DNA of 63,385 bases, the filler included, from Octopus bimaculoides (taxonomy: Eukaryota): assembly GCF_001194135.2 (NCBI RefSeq). It is 4 parts of 4 records of this genome, joined end to end, with 100 filler letters (N's around TTAATTAATTAA, not from the genome) between each part and the next. Parts side by side here need not be neighbours in the genome. Positions count along the whole stretch, not along the records: positions 1 to 27,807 come from NC_068998.1; 3 more parts are not named here. One strand, 5' to 3'. The notes under the pieces are model-generated. The model made no database searches. It was not told the DNA's origin and saw only the letters and a program-made list of their open reading frames with translations. Positions 1-12,370 of the stretch are shown piece by piece. The position numbers and the translations under genes are program-made. How positions within the stretch are numbered: position 1 is the first letter of the stretch; the number at the start of each line of letters is the position of its first letter.

Positions 1-42
<42 letters not shown>

Positions 43-495
43 GAGACGAACAGACAGACGCGCGCACAAAACACAAATATGCATATACACATGTATATAT
101 ATACACTAAGATGTATGAACATCTACATACACATACAAACAAATATGTATATGCACATTCACAAATATATGTGTTAGTGTGTGTGTATATGAGCGTGTGT
201 GCGTTTGTCTGTGTGTGTATGTGTGAGTGTGCGTGTTTGTGTGTGTGTATGTGTGTGTGCGTATTTGTGTGTTTGTGTGTGTATGTTTGTGTGTATGCGT
301 TTGTTTGTGCGTGTGTGTTTGTGTTTGTGTGTGTATATATGTGTGTGTGCGCGCGCGCGTTTGTGTGTTTGTGTATGTATGTATGTGTGTTTGCGTGTGT
401 ACAGAGAAAAAAAAACCATTGAGAGTGGTGAGAGACAGTCTGTTTGCAAAATAACTTGAGGACCGACATCCGATTAGCTTTTGTGGTTTTTACTG

Positions 496-544
<49 letters not shown>

Positions 545-1405
545 TATTAAGTAAGAGAAAGAGAAGGCGGGAGGGANNNNNNNNNNNNNNNNNNNNNNNN
601 NNNNNNNNNNNNNNNNNNNNNNNNNNNNNNNNNNNNNNNNNNNNNNNNNNNNNNNNNNNNNNNNNNNNNNNNNNNNNNNNNNNNNNNNNNNNNNNNNNNN
701 NNNNNNNNNNNNNNNNNNNNNNNNNNNNNNNNNNNNNNNNNNNNNNNNNNNNNNNNNNNNNNNNNNNNNNNNNNNNNNNNNNNNNNNNNNNNNNNNNNNN
801 NNNNNNNNNNNNNNNNNNNNNNNNNNNNNNNNNNNNNNNNNNNNNNNNNNNNNNNNNNNNNNNNNNNNNNNNNNNNNNNNNNNNNNNNNNNNNNNNNNNN
901 NNNNNNNNNNNNNNNNNNNNNNNNNNNNNNNNNNNNNNNNNNNNNNNNNNNNNNNNNNNNNNNNNNNNNNNNNNNNNNNNNNNNNNNNNNNNNNNNNNNN
1001 NNNNNNNNNNNNNNNNNNNNNNNNNNNNNNNNNNNNNNNNNNNNNNNNNNNNNNNNNNNNNNNNNNNNNNNNNNNNNNNNNNNNNNNNNNNNNNNNNNNN
1101 NNNNNNNNNNNNNNNNNNNNNNNNNNNNNNNNNNNNNNNNNNNNNNNNNNNNNNNNNNNNNNNNNNNNNNNNNNNNNNNNNNNNNNNNNNNNNNNNNNNN
1201 NNNNNNNNNNNNNNNNNNNNNNNNNNNNNNNNNNNNNNNNNNNNNNNNNNNNNNNNNNNNNNNNNNNNNNNNNNNNNNNNNNNNNNNNNNNNNNNNNNNN
1301 NNNNNNNNNNNNNNNNNNNNNNNNNNNNNNNNNNNNNNNNNNNNNNNNNNNNNNNNNNNNNNNNNNNNNNNNNNNCTAGCACCAAGTAAGTCCCTAAATA
1401 TTCAC

Positions 1406-1458
<53 letters not shown>

Positions 1459-1460
1459 AA

Positions 1461-1646
1461 TATGATATGTGACAAATAGTTGGTTGTCACAATAAAACTC
1501 AGAGTTTCGGATGCCGAGGGGGGGTGGCGGCTGAAATCTGGTCCAGCATCTCAGTTATAACTGATGAGATGCCGGAGCAGATTTCACTCCCGGCATCCGA
1601 AACTCTGAGTTTTATTATGACAACTAACTATTTGTTACATATTATA
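1461..1646. repeat. 186-bp imperfect palindrome (head-to-head inverted duplication) between (TA)n tracts
   Basis: Centre TCAGTTATAACTGA (1551-1564) is a perfect palindrome. 1491-1516 pairs perfectly (26 bp) with 1591-1616. 1461-1490 pairs with 1617-1646 with 4 differences. Confidence 0.95.
1557..1615 (+). ncRNA. Type I minimal hammerhead ribozyme-like motif
   Basis: CTGATGA 1561-1567; stem II GATGCCGG 1568-1575 / CCGGCATC 1590-1597 plus one extra C; GAAA 1599-1602; quasi-palindromic stem III CTC-T-GAG 1603-1609; GUU site 1609-1611; stem I ATAA 1557-1560 / TTAT 1612-1615. Confidence 0.6.
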
Positions 1647-1880
1647 TATATATATATAGTCATAAATGACATAATATATTGATGTATAGTTTGTGATATT
1701 TGAATTTTCTGATTGTTAAATTATTTCTCTGTCATATATGACTTTATACTCTCTTTATCGTTTTCTCTTGTACTGTACTATCTATTCTATGTTTTGTAGA
1801 ATGATACATAAGAGAGCTTTTTATTAATGAGTACCACCAGATTACGTGAACCCATAGATTGTGATTAATATATATATATA

Positions 1881-1995
1881 TCGTTGCTATTATGCAAAAG
1901 TGTCGTAAGTCCAAAACGTCGCTTTTCCAGAAAACGAACAAATAGTGTCCCGCTTTGAAATTGAAACCGATGCCAAGTGATTACGAAGCGAATTT
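1881..1995 (+). mobile_element. Truncated left end of a non-autonomous TIR DNA element (same family as 38181-38560)
   Basis: TCGTTGCTATTATGCAAAAGTGTCGTAAGTCCAAAACGTCGCTTTTCCAGAAAACGAA closely matches 38181-38240, and is preceded by TA. Confidence 0.7.
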
Positions 1996-2078
1996 TTTTA
2001 ACTACTATTCATGCTTTCATCTGTGTAAGCACGCGCACAGAAATGTATGTTAGCTGATAAATTTGATACATGGAGATA

Positions 2079-2126
<48 letters not shown>

Positions 2127-3373
2127 TGTGTGCGTGTGTGTGTGTGTGTAGCGCGTGCGTTTACATGTGCATGTGAATATATGGTGTATGTATACATACA
2201 GGTGTGTCTGAATGTGTATGTGAATATGTGTGTGCGAATGAATATATGTATATGTGAATATGTAATGTATGTAGTGTATGTGTGCGCGCATATATTTATG
2301 TGTATGTCAATATGTAGAGTGTGTCTGTATACATATTTATGTACGTGAATATGTAGTGTCAGTGTGTGTATACATATGTAATGTGTATGTGAACGTTTGT
2401 GTATATGCATATTTGTGTATATATGAATATATNNNNNNNNNNATCACACATTGATGTGTGTGTACGTAAAGGTCAGCTTGAACCGATTTCTTTACAAAAG
2501 ACATGACTCTAACAATATCCAGCAGTGTTTACATTACAAGTTACAGCAACATCATTAAGCAAAAATATAACATTATGATTCTCCTTTAGAAATCCCATCC
2601 GCTAATCATATTGTATTGCACACGTAACTTTTCCTTGTTCTTATTACATGATTCTGTGATGTTTCTTATCAATGTTCTCCATGTTGTATACAAAGCCGGA
2701 TTAATCTAGTACTGGACCTACAACATACGTTACAAAGGAACCTTAAATTCTAAATTGGAGATCTAATTTATTGAATAGTGATTATTTTTTAATGAATTCC
2801 AACTTCGTAATTTGAAAGACTGATATGTAAAAGAAATCAGGAAGGTTGCCGCTGTTTTGCTTCGCGTGTAATCCCACCGGAGTGTCAAATTACGATATTT
2901 CTTTTAAGGATCTAATGGCGGACTCAGCAGAAGAATCCTTTATGGTTCAACAAAATTGAAGGAGGCTGCAGTTACTTATTTTGAATGCAGTGTGCAAGAT
3001 GAAGCAAGCAAGACATCTTGGTCATCCACTCCTTCCGTTGCCGTCCCCAATCGTCTTGACGTGGTCTTGTCACTGGATTGAAGATGGTCACGTACGAGTG
3101 TGACGTGACGTTCACAGTGCGCAACTCTTCTTCACTTTCAAATCAGTGGTCAAACCATTGGTCATCCGTAAGGATGATTAGATGATCCCGTTAGATTATC
3201 ATGAGTCCTGTTTTGACACAAGATCAAAGCAGAACCTGCATAAAATAAACTGTTTGTAAAACACTGAAAAAAAATTAGCATCAATGCGTCTTTTACTAAT
3301 AAGGTAGTTTGTTCAACCGTTCTTGTTGAAGAGAAAAATAACAATTTCAAATATTGTACGATTATCTTAGTAT

Positions 3374-3478
3374 ACGAGGGGGTGCTGAAAAATTCCTGGT
3401 TTTGGGTAAAAGAAAATACAGGAATATCAGTTAATTACGATTTTATCCAACATATTCCCCCCTCTCAGATTCACACAG
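3374..3478 (+). mobile_element. Left part of a mariner-type MITE
   Basis: Begins TA-CGAGGGGGTGCTGAAAAATTCCTGG, a mariner-like TIR start. The right TIR is not visible. Family assignment is from recall. Confidence 0.45.
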
Positions 3479-3986
3479 TTATTGTATGTGCATATATATA
3501 TATATATATATATGTATGTTGGAGTGCTATTGGTACGATACCAACGGTTTCGTACAACTATTCAATTATTCAACCGTTGTTTGAGTAAAGCTGGCGATTC
3601 GGCCATTGTTGTTAGGCTGGGTGCTAACGAGATATCAAACGAGATTTTATAGAAAGATCAAACAACAGAAAGACAAAAGGAATAATTAAATGGGTTACAC
3701 CATTGTGGTGTTGATTTCTCACCTTCGAGTCCGTTGCTTAAATTGGGAATGGGGGTTGAGTTTGTATGCGTGTTTGTGTGTGTGTATACATATGTTTGTG
3801 TATATGTGTGTATATATGCGTGTGCATGTATATTTATATGTGTGTTTCTGAGTGTATGTGTGCCTGTGTTCGTGTGTGTGTATATATCTGTGTGTGTATA
3901 TGTGCATACACATTTATATATGTACGCATGTATGTATACGAATGTATATATTTATATCTATGTATATATGTATGTGTGCGTATGCG

Positions 3987-4040
<54 letters not shown>

Positions 4041-4062
4041 CGTATATATATGTGTGTGTGTG

Positions 4063-4101
<39 letters not shown>

Positions 4102-4849
4102 GAAGGGGTGTAATTGCGTGCATATATTTATATTGAAGTGTTTATGAATATCATAATTGCAATATAATTGCCTTTAATGGAATAACCAACAGAATATGAC
4201 TGAGAGACACATCTCATTTTATATAATAATATGTTAATTGGTTGAGTAAAACAGTGAATAGCTAGTGACTTGTCTGCGATGGTGTGTTATGTCTAAGCAG
4301 AAACACACTTAGTCGTCAGTGACCCAGATTATATAGTAATTAAAAGGTACCTTAGTAAGATGAATATTACCACTGTTGGTAGTGAAATTATTGTACAATG
4401 ATCTAGTTTTTTTCTTTTTTATCCCTCTGAAGAGTTGATGGTAAGAGTTCTCTTTTGTGGTAATCTTGTTAAGTTATCCTTCAACAGTGTCAGCTCCTCA
4501 AAGTCGACTTGTTACATCTTTTCAAATATGGAGTTAATCCGAATCATTCGCCTCTTCTTGTCTCATCATTCATTCTGTTTATCCACTTCTGTTCCTTGCA
4601 TTGATCAATATACTAATCAGAAATTCTTGAGAATGCCGTCGGGTAGGCTTTTTTTTTTTTTTTTTTCTTTGCCTTCCAGAATTTGACTATTTTCAGATTT
4701 TGAAGAAATATCTCTTCAAAATACAAGATATTAAACCAATGTATCTTGGATAAGAATATCTTTATAAGAGGTCTAAATATCCCCATATTGGGGGGCACCA
4801 CCATGGGAAGATCTTTTAGCCAAATACATCCACCCCAGTACTTATACCG

Positions 4850-5097
4850 AAGCCTGGCATTTGCTCTATTTGTTCCTTTTTGCCGAACTGTTAAGTTACG
4901 GGAACGAAAACAAACCAACACTGGTTGTCAAGCGCGTAGACCCAGGCTCCGTTCAGCTTCCGTCTACGGAATCCACTTTCAATGTTTTGGTCGACTCTGG
5001 GCAAAACATGGCAGACATTTGCCCAAGGTGCCACGCAGTGGGATTGAACCGAAGACCACATGGTTGTAAAACAAACTTCTTACCACACAGCCACACC
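4850..5097 (-). mobile_element. tRNA-derived SINE family B (CORE-like), copy lacking the internal microsatellite
   Basis: Aligns by eye to 56622-57013: reverse-complement tRNA head (GGATTGAACC...TTACCACACAGCCAC), GCCCAAGGTG core, and GTTGTCAAGC/GCCGAAC tail. Confidence 0.8.
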
Positions 5098-6208
5098 TAG
5101 GAGTGAGGAGAGGTATAAATATTTCTCTAATCCCTTTTTATCGCTTTTGACACCTTCTTTATTCGCATTCACTTTCTATCGCATCGTCTCTCTCTCTCTA
5201 AGTATGCATGTGTTTCTCTGTCTCTCATCTTCATTCTCTCCCTCCGCCTCTCTCTCTCTCTCTTCCTTTATTCCTCCCTCTCCCCTCTCTCTTTCCCTCT
5301 CTGCGTCTAGGACGAGAAAAGGCAGCCATTTACTAAGCTCATTCATGACCCGATGGTTTCACAGTGATATCGGAGAATAGCATAATTGTTCACAAAATAT
5401 CCGACTGAAACAAGAGATGTGATGCGGGTACTTAAGAATGAACCACCCAGCAAAAGAACAAAACAAACAAAAGAAAAAAAAATAATAATAACGAAAACCC
5501 AGCTTCCTTAAGAAATAAAGCGTTAATCGTACGAACACAAACACACAACATACTCCAACCTCCGGCTGCTGTTTGTTGAATTTTTTACATTAGCAATATA
5601 TTCTCCTCTCTTTGCCGTATCTGTTAAGATGTTTCTTCTACAAGCAACGCCAGCCTAACCATTTACACTATAACCTCAACTATTTCCGCAAACACCGTGT
5701 AGTAAGTTTTGTTCTTCATCGTTGATGTTATCTGGATTGGATCAAATATTTTTGTGAGGCTGGTATTTCTATTTTTAAGTATTTTTCTTTTATAGTTTTC
5801 TTTCTATTTTATTTTTTCTCTCTTGGATTTAAAAACAAACCAAAAAAAAAACGGGTGGAATGTACTTAATTTACCTTTCTAGCAGGTAAGGTAATTAAAG
5901 ATAATTATAGCGAGTATAGATCATTACTTTGGCTCTGATTTGCATACACACACGTGCGCGCGCACACACACACACACACATGCACACACATATGTACATG
6001 TATGTTATATACGTATGATAAAAACACTACAATAATCACAATGGCGAGGTAGAAAAAACAAACAAACAAGGTGTATTAAGTTTACGCTCAGGAAAATTAG
6101 AAGTATTTAACGTTTTGAGCATTCGCTCTTCTTCGGAAATGATAGATGAGGAGATGAAAAAAAGAGAGAAAAGTACATGCGTGTGTCAATTAGACGCTCA
6201 TCGCATGC

Positions 6209-6255
<47 letters not shown>

Positions 6256-6539
6256 GAATCAGAGGAAAGAGTGAAGGGTGGTTGTGCGCAGGATGGGAGA
6301 GGTCACTGAAAGAGCCTCGTGTTGGCTCTGGAGCGAGAGAAAGGAATTAAGCTGGAAGCTAGGCGGAGATGAGGAGCAGACTTGGCCAACCCTAACCCTG
6401 ACCCACTAACGAGAAGGTGTTACGGTTCAGAGCCGAAACACCCAAAGTACGTTGGAAAGCGTATGATGACAGCTGATCCTCCTGGCCAAAGTTCCATTCA
6501 CTCTGGCGAATGGAAAACGCACCACCTTCTAAGTGTTAT

Positions 6540-6585
<46 letters not shown>

Positions 6586-6642
6586 ACACACATATATACA
6601 CGTATATATATATATATAAACTATTTGTGTGTGTGTGTGTGT

Positions 6643-6849
6643 GTGTTTGTCCCCCACCATCGCTTGACGACCGAGGTTGGTGTTTTTATGTCCCCATAAC
6701 TTAACGGTTCGGCAAAAGAGACCCATACAATAATTACTAGGCTTACAAAGAATAAGTCCTGGGTGGGGGTGTCGATTTGTTCGACTAAAATGTGGTGCTC
6801 CAGCATGGCCGCAGTCAAATGACCGAAACAAGTAAAAGAATAAAAGAAT
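6643..6849 (+). mobile_element. SINE family B, 3' half after a (TG)n tract
   Basis: GTCCCCCACCATCGCTTGAC...GCTCCAGCATGGCCGCAGTCAAATGACCGAAACAAGTAAAAG is the reverse complement of 56622-56820. Confidence 0.85.
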
Positions 6850-6891
6850 ATGTATTTGTGTGTGTGCATTTGTGTGTATACACATACATGC

Positions 6892-6925
<34 letters not shown>

Positions 6926-7788
6926 ATCTGTGTGTGCGTGTGTGTAGCTTGTTTATGGGAAAGAGGGGAGAGCGCGTTTGTGCGTGCATGCATGTTTGAG
7001 TATTTTTTTTTTTTACCGGATATCCGTATCTCGTTATATCGACCGCAATATATTAAAGAATTTGTAGGTATGGGAATATCACAGCGTATATAGACACACG
7101 TACCCATACTTTTTCTTCCTTCCACTCCTCTCTCTCTCTCTCTCTCACTCTCTCTTTCTTCCCCCACCTCTCTCTCTCTCTCTCTCTGTCACCTTTTCTT
7201 TTCTCTCTCACCCCTCCTTTCTCACCTACATGACACGTATTGCTATGTTTACATATTGATAAATCACAGTTTTTTGGGTTCAAATATCAACATATGAAGT
7301 TGACCCGATTAGATTAAAAAACTGCGGAGATCGTTCCGGCCCTGAGAAAAGGAATTCTAGCGATTGGTTATCTCGATCTCGTAGGAGCCATTAATACTGA
7401 TTGGTGGGGATGGGATGAGGGTGTAGTTGTAGTTTTGCTCTTGGTGGTGATTGTGTGGGTAGTAGTAGGAGTGGAGATTCTATTTGTTCCCAACTCCTGC
7501 TTCTTGTCATTTATGATCGAGCAGTGCCAAAATCAATGACATTCCAGTGATGACCAACCAGTCGATTTTTCTCTGTCTTGTGTACGATGTATCCTCCCAC
7601 TTTTTAGGACGTTAGATTATGGATTAAGGCTAATGCGAGACTTTGCTGTTATTTGTAGTTGGACGAGCGATCGCATGGAGCAGTGTCGGGCAACTTTAGT
7701 GGTTTCACATTTTAGCACAGGGCCAGTAATTTCGGGGGAGGGAGTAAGTCTATTACAAGCCCCCCCCCCCCAGTACTNNNNNNNNNNG

Positions 7789-8180
7789 GAGCCAGTGGGT
7801 TAGATCGACCCTAGTGCGCAACTGGTACTTAATTTATTGACCCCGTAAAGATAAAAGGCAAAGTCGACCTCAGCGGCATTTGAACTTAGAACGTAAAGGC
7901 GGACGAAATACCGCTAAGCATTTCGCCCGGCGTGCTAACGTTTCTGCCAGGTCGCCGCCTTATATATGCTTTTCTACTCTAAGCACAAAGCCCGAAATTT
8001 TGTGGGAGGGAGCCAGTGGGTTAGATCGACCCTAGTGCGCAACTGGTACTTAATTTATTGACCCCGTAAAGATAAAAGGCAAAGTCGACCTTGGCGGAAT
8101 TTGAACTCAGAACCTAAAGACAGACAAAATACCGATAAGCATTTTGCTCGGCGTGCTAACGATTCTGCCAGCTCGCTCGT
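7789..8180 (-). mobile_element. Two tandem copies of tRNA-derived SINE family A
   Basis: Each copy has GGCAAAGTCGACC, ATTTGAAC (B-box reverse complement) and CGTGCTAACG...CTGCCAG (A-box region). About 80 bp are identical between the copies next to a 10-N gap. Confidence 0.85.
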
Positions 8181-8544
8181 CTAATGTTCTTAAATTAACC
8201 AATCTGTTGTTAGAATGTTGTCAGGCTGTTTCTTTCACTGCAAAGTTATTTACTTGTTTTGCCCAAGGTAATTGGCGGTGAAGGTAGAAGTTGTAGTAGT
8301 AGAAGGAGGAGATAAAGCTGTTTTTGTTGTGGTAATCCTCTTACTTGTTCTTTGAAATCTGGTCAACCGTGACAAAGACGCTTACCAACCTCAAGTAAGC
8401 GGACCCAACTGTTCACGCATCAACGATTTTTCTTTTCCGTCGTCCGCAGCCATTTACTTGTCCGTCTATGTTTGTGTTTTTGCACATTTGTTTTTAGCTT
8501 TCTTTATTTTTATCTTTCATTTATTTCATTCACTTGATTGCGGC

Positions 8545-8685
8545 CATGCTAGAGCTCTACTTTAAATTGTTGTGGTTGATCAAATCGACCCAGGTATTTC
8601 AGTTTCGTACTTATTCAATCGGTCTCTTGATTGACGATCCGCTACATTATACTAGGTATCAAGTGATGACATGTATTAACACACA

Positions 8686-8690
<5 letters not shown>
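8545..8690 (-). mobile_element. SINE family B, diverged 3' half
   Basis: TGCGGCCATGCTAGAGC...AAATCGACCCAGG...GTACTTATTC...ATCGGTCTCTT matches the family B tail. Confidence 0.65.
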
Positions 8691-8764
<74 letters not shown>

Positions 8765-10399
8765 TCCATATATACACTCGTACATTTCTGCATACACATA
8801 TGCATACTTAATTTCTTTCGCACATACAGATATACATACGTCATTCGTGTGTATGTGTGTGTTTTCTTCTGTTTTTAATTATTTAAATTCTTCCTGTGAA
8901 GAAGGAGTTAGTTTTTAACAAACATACAAAGCTCCAACTTTGTAATGTAGATAACAAAAGCAAACTCCCATTTTAAACTTGCGAAAAGTCTTGCATATTT
9001 TTACTGTTCCGCTTATACATTGTATTTGTAATGTGTGGGTTAGCTGGTTGATTTCTTTTCCAGAAAACCGCAGATTATCCAAATTGTCATTTAGGCATTT
9101 ACCAACAAAACCAAGTGCACCGATTATTATTGGTTATGAATATAAACTAGATACAGAAGCTAGAATTTTCAGATCAGATGCCCAAAATTTATCCTCTTTA
9201 TTTTTTATTTTCGAACAAATATTCACATCTGTAGAGTACAGCTGAGCTCTCTGACAGTACATATTTCTTTCCTGTCTCAAACATGTATTTATATATCCGA
9301 GTATGTACGAAGGAATTCATATAAGTGATCTCTGACCATGCAACTTTACGCAGCAAGCTAGAAGTTCATCTGATGTCATCCTTATGAATAAAACTTTTGT
9401 TAAAAATCAAAAGATTACGGGCTGTGTGATGAGTTAGCATAATTTGTTCGGTATAACATGCCTTCGCAACACGAAATTACTTCTAATCACGCAATACATT
9501 CGTTTATTGAATAACACGTACGTACATGAATCGAAACATACGTATATATATATNNNNNNNNNNNNNNNNNNNNNNNNNNNNNNNNNNNNNNNNNNNNNNN
9601 NNNNNNNNNNNNNNNNNNNNNNNNNNNNNNNNNNNNNNNNNNNNNNNNNNNNNNNNNNNNNNNNNNNNNNNNNNNNNNNNNNNNNNNNNNNNNNNNNNNN
9701 NNNNNNNNNNNNNNNNNNNNNNNNNNNNNNNNNNNNNNNNNNNNNNNNNNNNNNNNNNNNNNNNNNNNNNNNNNNNNNNNNNNNNNNNNNNNNNNNNNNN
9801 NNNNNNNNNNNNNNNNNNNNNNNNNNNNNNNNNNNNNNNNNNNNNNNNNNNNNNNNNNNNNNNNNNNNNNNNNNNNNNNNNNNNNNNNNNNNNNNNNNNN
9901 NNNNNNNNNNNNNNNNNNNNNNNNNNNNNNNNNNNNNNNNNNNNNNNNNNNNNNNNNNNNNNNNNNNNNNNNNNNNNNNNNNNNNNNNNNNNNNNNNNNN
10001 NNNNNNNNNNNNNNNNNNNNNNNNNNNNNNNNNNNNNNNNNNNNNNNNNNNNNNNNNNNNNNNNNNNNNNNNNNNNNNNNNNNNNNNNNNNNNTGTGTGT
10101 GTGTGCATTATCGATTTTGCCTCTGCTGCATGTATTAACATGTGTAAGATATAGGGAAATTATCAGAACAAAGTCACTGGATATCACGCCCTGTGTTACT
10201 TAGTTTCGTCTCTTTACGTTCCCAGTTGAAATACCACTGAACGGAAATAGTCCTTGAGCAAAGCACTGAAACCGTAACCATGTGGATGGATGGCAAATTT
10301 CTTACCACACGGCCATCAAAGCCTTTTTTTTTTTCTACTTGACACATTTTTGTTAATTTTTCTCATTACCATTATTCCTGTGATTTTATTTTCCTACAA

Positions 10400-10610
10400 T
10401 TTTTTACTCTGACCTTTTCCTTGTCGCTTTTCTTCTGTAATATCTTCCGTAACTTTTCCTGTCCTTTACAGTAACTTCTGCAATCACTATTTCTATGAAG
10501 TTTTCTATAATTTTTTCTATGGCCTTTTCTGTGAAGATTTTTTTCTGTTACTTTCCTGTGACATTTTCCCTGTAACTTCTTCATCCAATTTTTTTCTGTG
10601 ACTTTTCCTA
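10400..10610. repeat. Degenerate ~12-bp minisatellite (TTTTCTGTGAC-like)
   Basis: Recurrent TTTTC(C)T(G/A)T(G/A)A(C/A) units. They explain the K/E/V/T-rich ORF 10372-10887 (-). Confidence 0.7.
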
Positions 10611-10675
10611 CACCCAAGATATTTCCCGAGATAAATGAATGTAACAAAGCCATGACTGTCATAAAAAACAATCTA

Positions 10676-10802
10676 CAGGGTGTCCACAAAGTCTGGGTAC
10701 ATGGAGTAAATAAAATCATAACATAAACAATTAAATATAAGAAATAATAATTTCTTAAAGTATGTGTTAATCCCCATGTACCCAAACGTTGTGGACATCC
10801 TG
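10676..10802. mobile_element. 127-bp Tc1/mariner-type MITE with TA target-site duplication
   Basis: 29-bp TIRs CAGGGTGTCCACAAAGTCTGGGTACATGG / CCATGTACCCAAACGTTGTGGACATCCTG (26/29 match), flanked by TA at 10674-10675 and 10803-10804. Confidence 0.9.
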
Positions 10803-11244
10803 TAGAACAAACCTCAGAGTAGAAGGGAGATGAAGATATGTAAGAAAGCATGGCTGAGTGAGAAAAAAAGAGCGGGTAAGAGCCCATAGAATATTTGCAT
10901 TCCTCTTTGAATTGGTGAGATTGATACTGGCAGTGTACAGTCTTAACGCTTTGTCAACTAATAATTGCAAGAAAAACGTGAATGGCGCAGGGTGAGAGAC
11001 TTCCAGAGGATTGGTATTGAGAAAAGTAAAAATCTCACCAAAATATCGCATGGAAAACCTTGTGTGAGGAAGGAGTACGAGACAAGTTTCTTCGGTATTC
11101 GCGGGTGGAAGTTGTTTGCAAGTAACTAATTCATAGGAGCAAAACCCATTGTGGCAGCGACTTTAAATATAAAAAGACAAACGGGCAAAGAATGCAGGAA
11201 TACATCTGTGGACCGGAGATTATAGAATATTGGTGATGAATATT

Positions 11245-11454
11245 GGTTTCAAATTTTGGCACAAGGCCAGCAAGTTCAAGGGAGGGAACTAGTCGATTAC
11301 ATCGACCTCAGTGTTTCACTGGTACTTATTTTATCGACTCTGAAAGGTTGGAAGGCAAAGTCGACCTCAATGGAATTTGAACTAAGAACGTAAAGACGGA
11401 CGAAATGCCTCTAAGAATTTTGCCCGGCGTGCTGACGACTCTGCCAAGGTCACC
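11245..11454 (-). mobile_element. SINE family A, near full length
   Basis: Same diagnostic blocks as 58597-58812. TGATGAATATT occurs on both flanks (11234-11244, 11464-11474). Confidence 0.85.
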
Positions 11455-11941
11455 ATTTATTAATGATGAATATTAATGATGAATATTAATGATGAGTATT
11501 AATGTTAGCCAATGAGATCAACTGATCAGATCACTGAATATTCATTAACTTACTCGATAGTATTTATATATTTATGTATGTAAGTATGTATACGGACACA
11601 GGTAAACAGATAGGTAAAGTATAAGGAAGTAACAGGTTCAGTAGGTAGCTGTGTAGGTAGGTTGAAGGTCAAAGGTTATTTAGACTGAGAAGTAAACAAG
11701 CTTCACTGTCAAACAAATAAATACAAGTAATACGAGTGCGCGCGCGCGCATGTGTGAGTTAAATCCTCCAGAATAGATTCCTCCCGATTATGCTCTCACT
11801 CCCACTACTTCTCATTTGTACATCGATGCTATATCAGTATTTATCGCAGGATAGTAGTATATTAGCGTGTGCGCGCACGCATATATCTGTGTATGTGTGT
11901 GTGTGTTTGTATGTATGTATGTATGTATGTATGTATGTATG

Positions 11942-11996
<55 letters not shown>

Positions 11997-12335
11997 TAAT
12001 TGTGAAATTTTTTCGCCATGAACGGTTTGTGTTTTTAAACGGAATGTATTTTTTCTGATGTTATATCTGTTCCTGAATGATGTGTAATGAAATTTTGATT
12101 TAAGCATCTTAATGAATTCTTTATACTGAAATATATATTGAAGAAGATAAATATGTTCTTTTGAATTTATACGTTTTTGCGTCGTAACTCCTTTATTATT
12201 ATTTATACAACCAAAAGGATCGATTCTTGAAGAGTCTGCATATCTTCACTGTCGTTTTTTTCTGCTATTTTGGTGATGATTTTTTGAGTTAGCTTACCAA
12301 TTATTTTTATTGGTAGTTAATTTATAATATATTGT

Positions 12336-12370
<35 letters not shown>

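Noticed and set aside
5870-5891. 3-nt plus-strand and 4-nt minus-strand microexons at the same spot
   Set aside because: Overlapping signals on both strands suggest chance; no other support.
6390-6404. Telomere-like CCCTAACCCTGACCC
   Set aside because: Only about two units; not an array.
6408-6455. CTAACGA...CCGAAAC...GTA as a hammerhead
   Set aside because: The first box is mutated and there is no consistent stem I or II.
7789-8089. 80-bp identical block in tandem SINEs as evidence of gene conversion
   Set aside because: The first block starts at a 10-N gap, so misassembly is at least as likely.
10960-11140. Minus-strand exon candidate ending at a GTGAGA donor (11039)
   Set aside because: Weak acceptor and open in all three frames. 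The plus strand loosely resembles a LINE linker, so neither reading is supportable.
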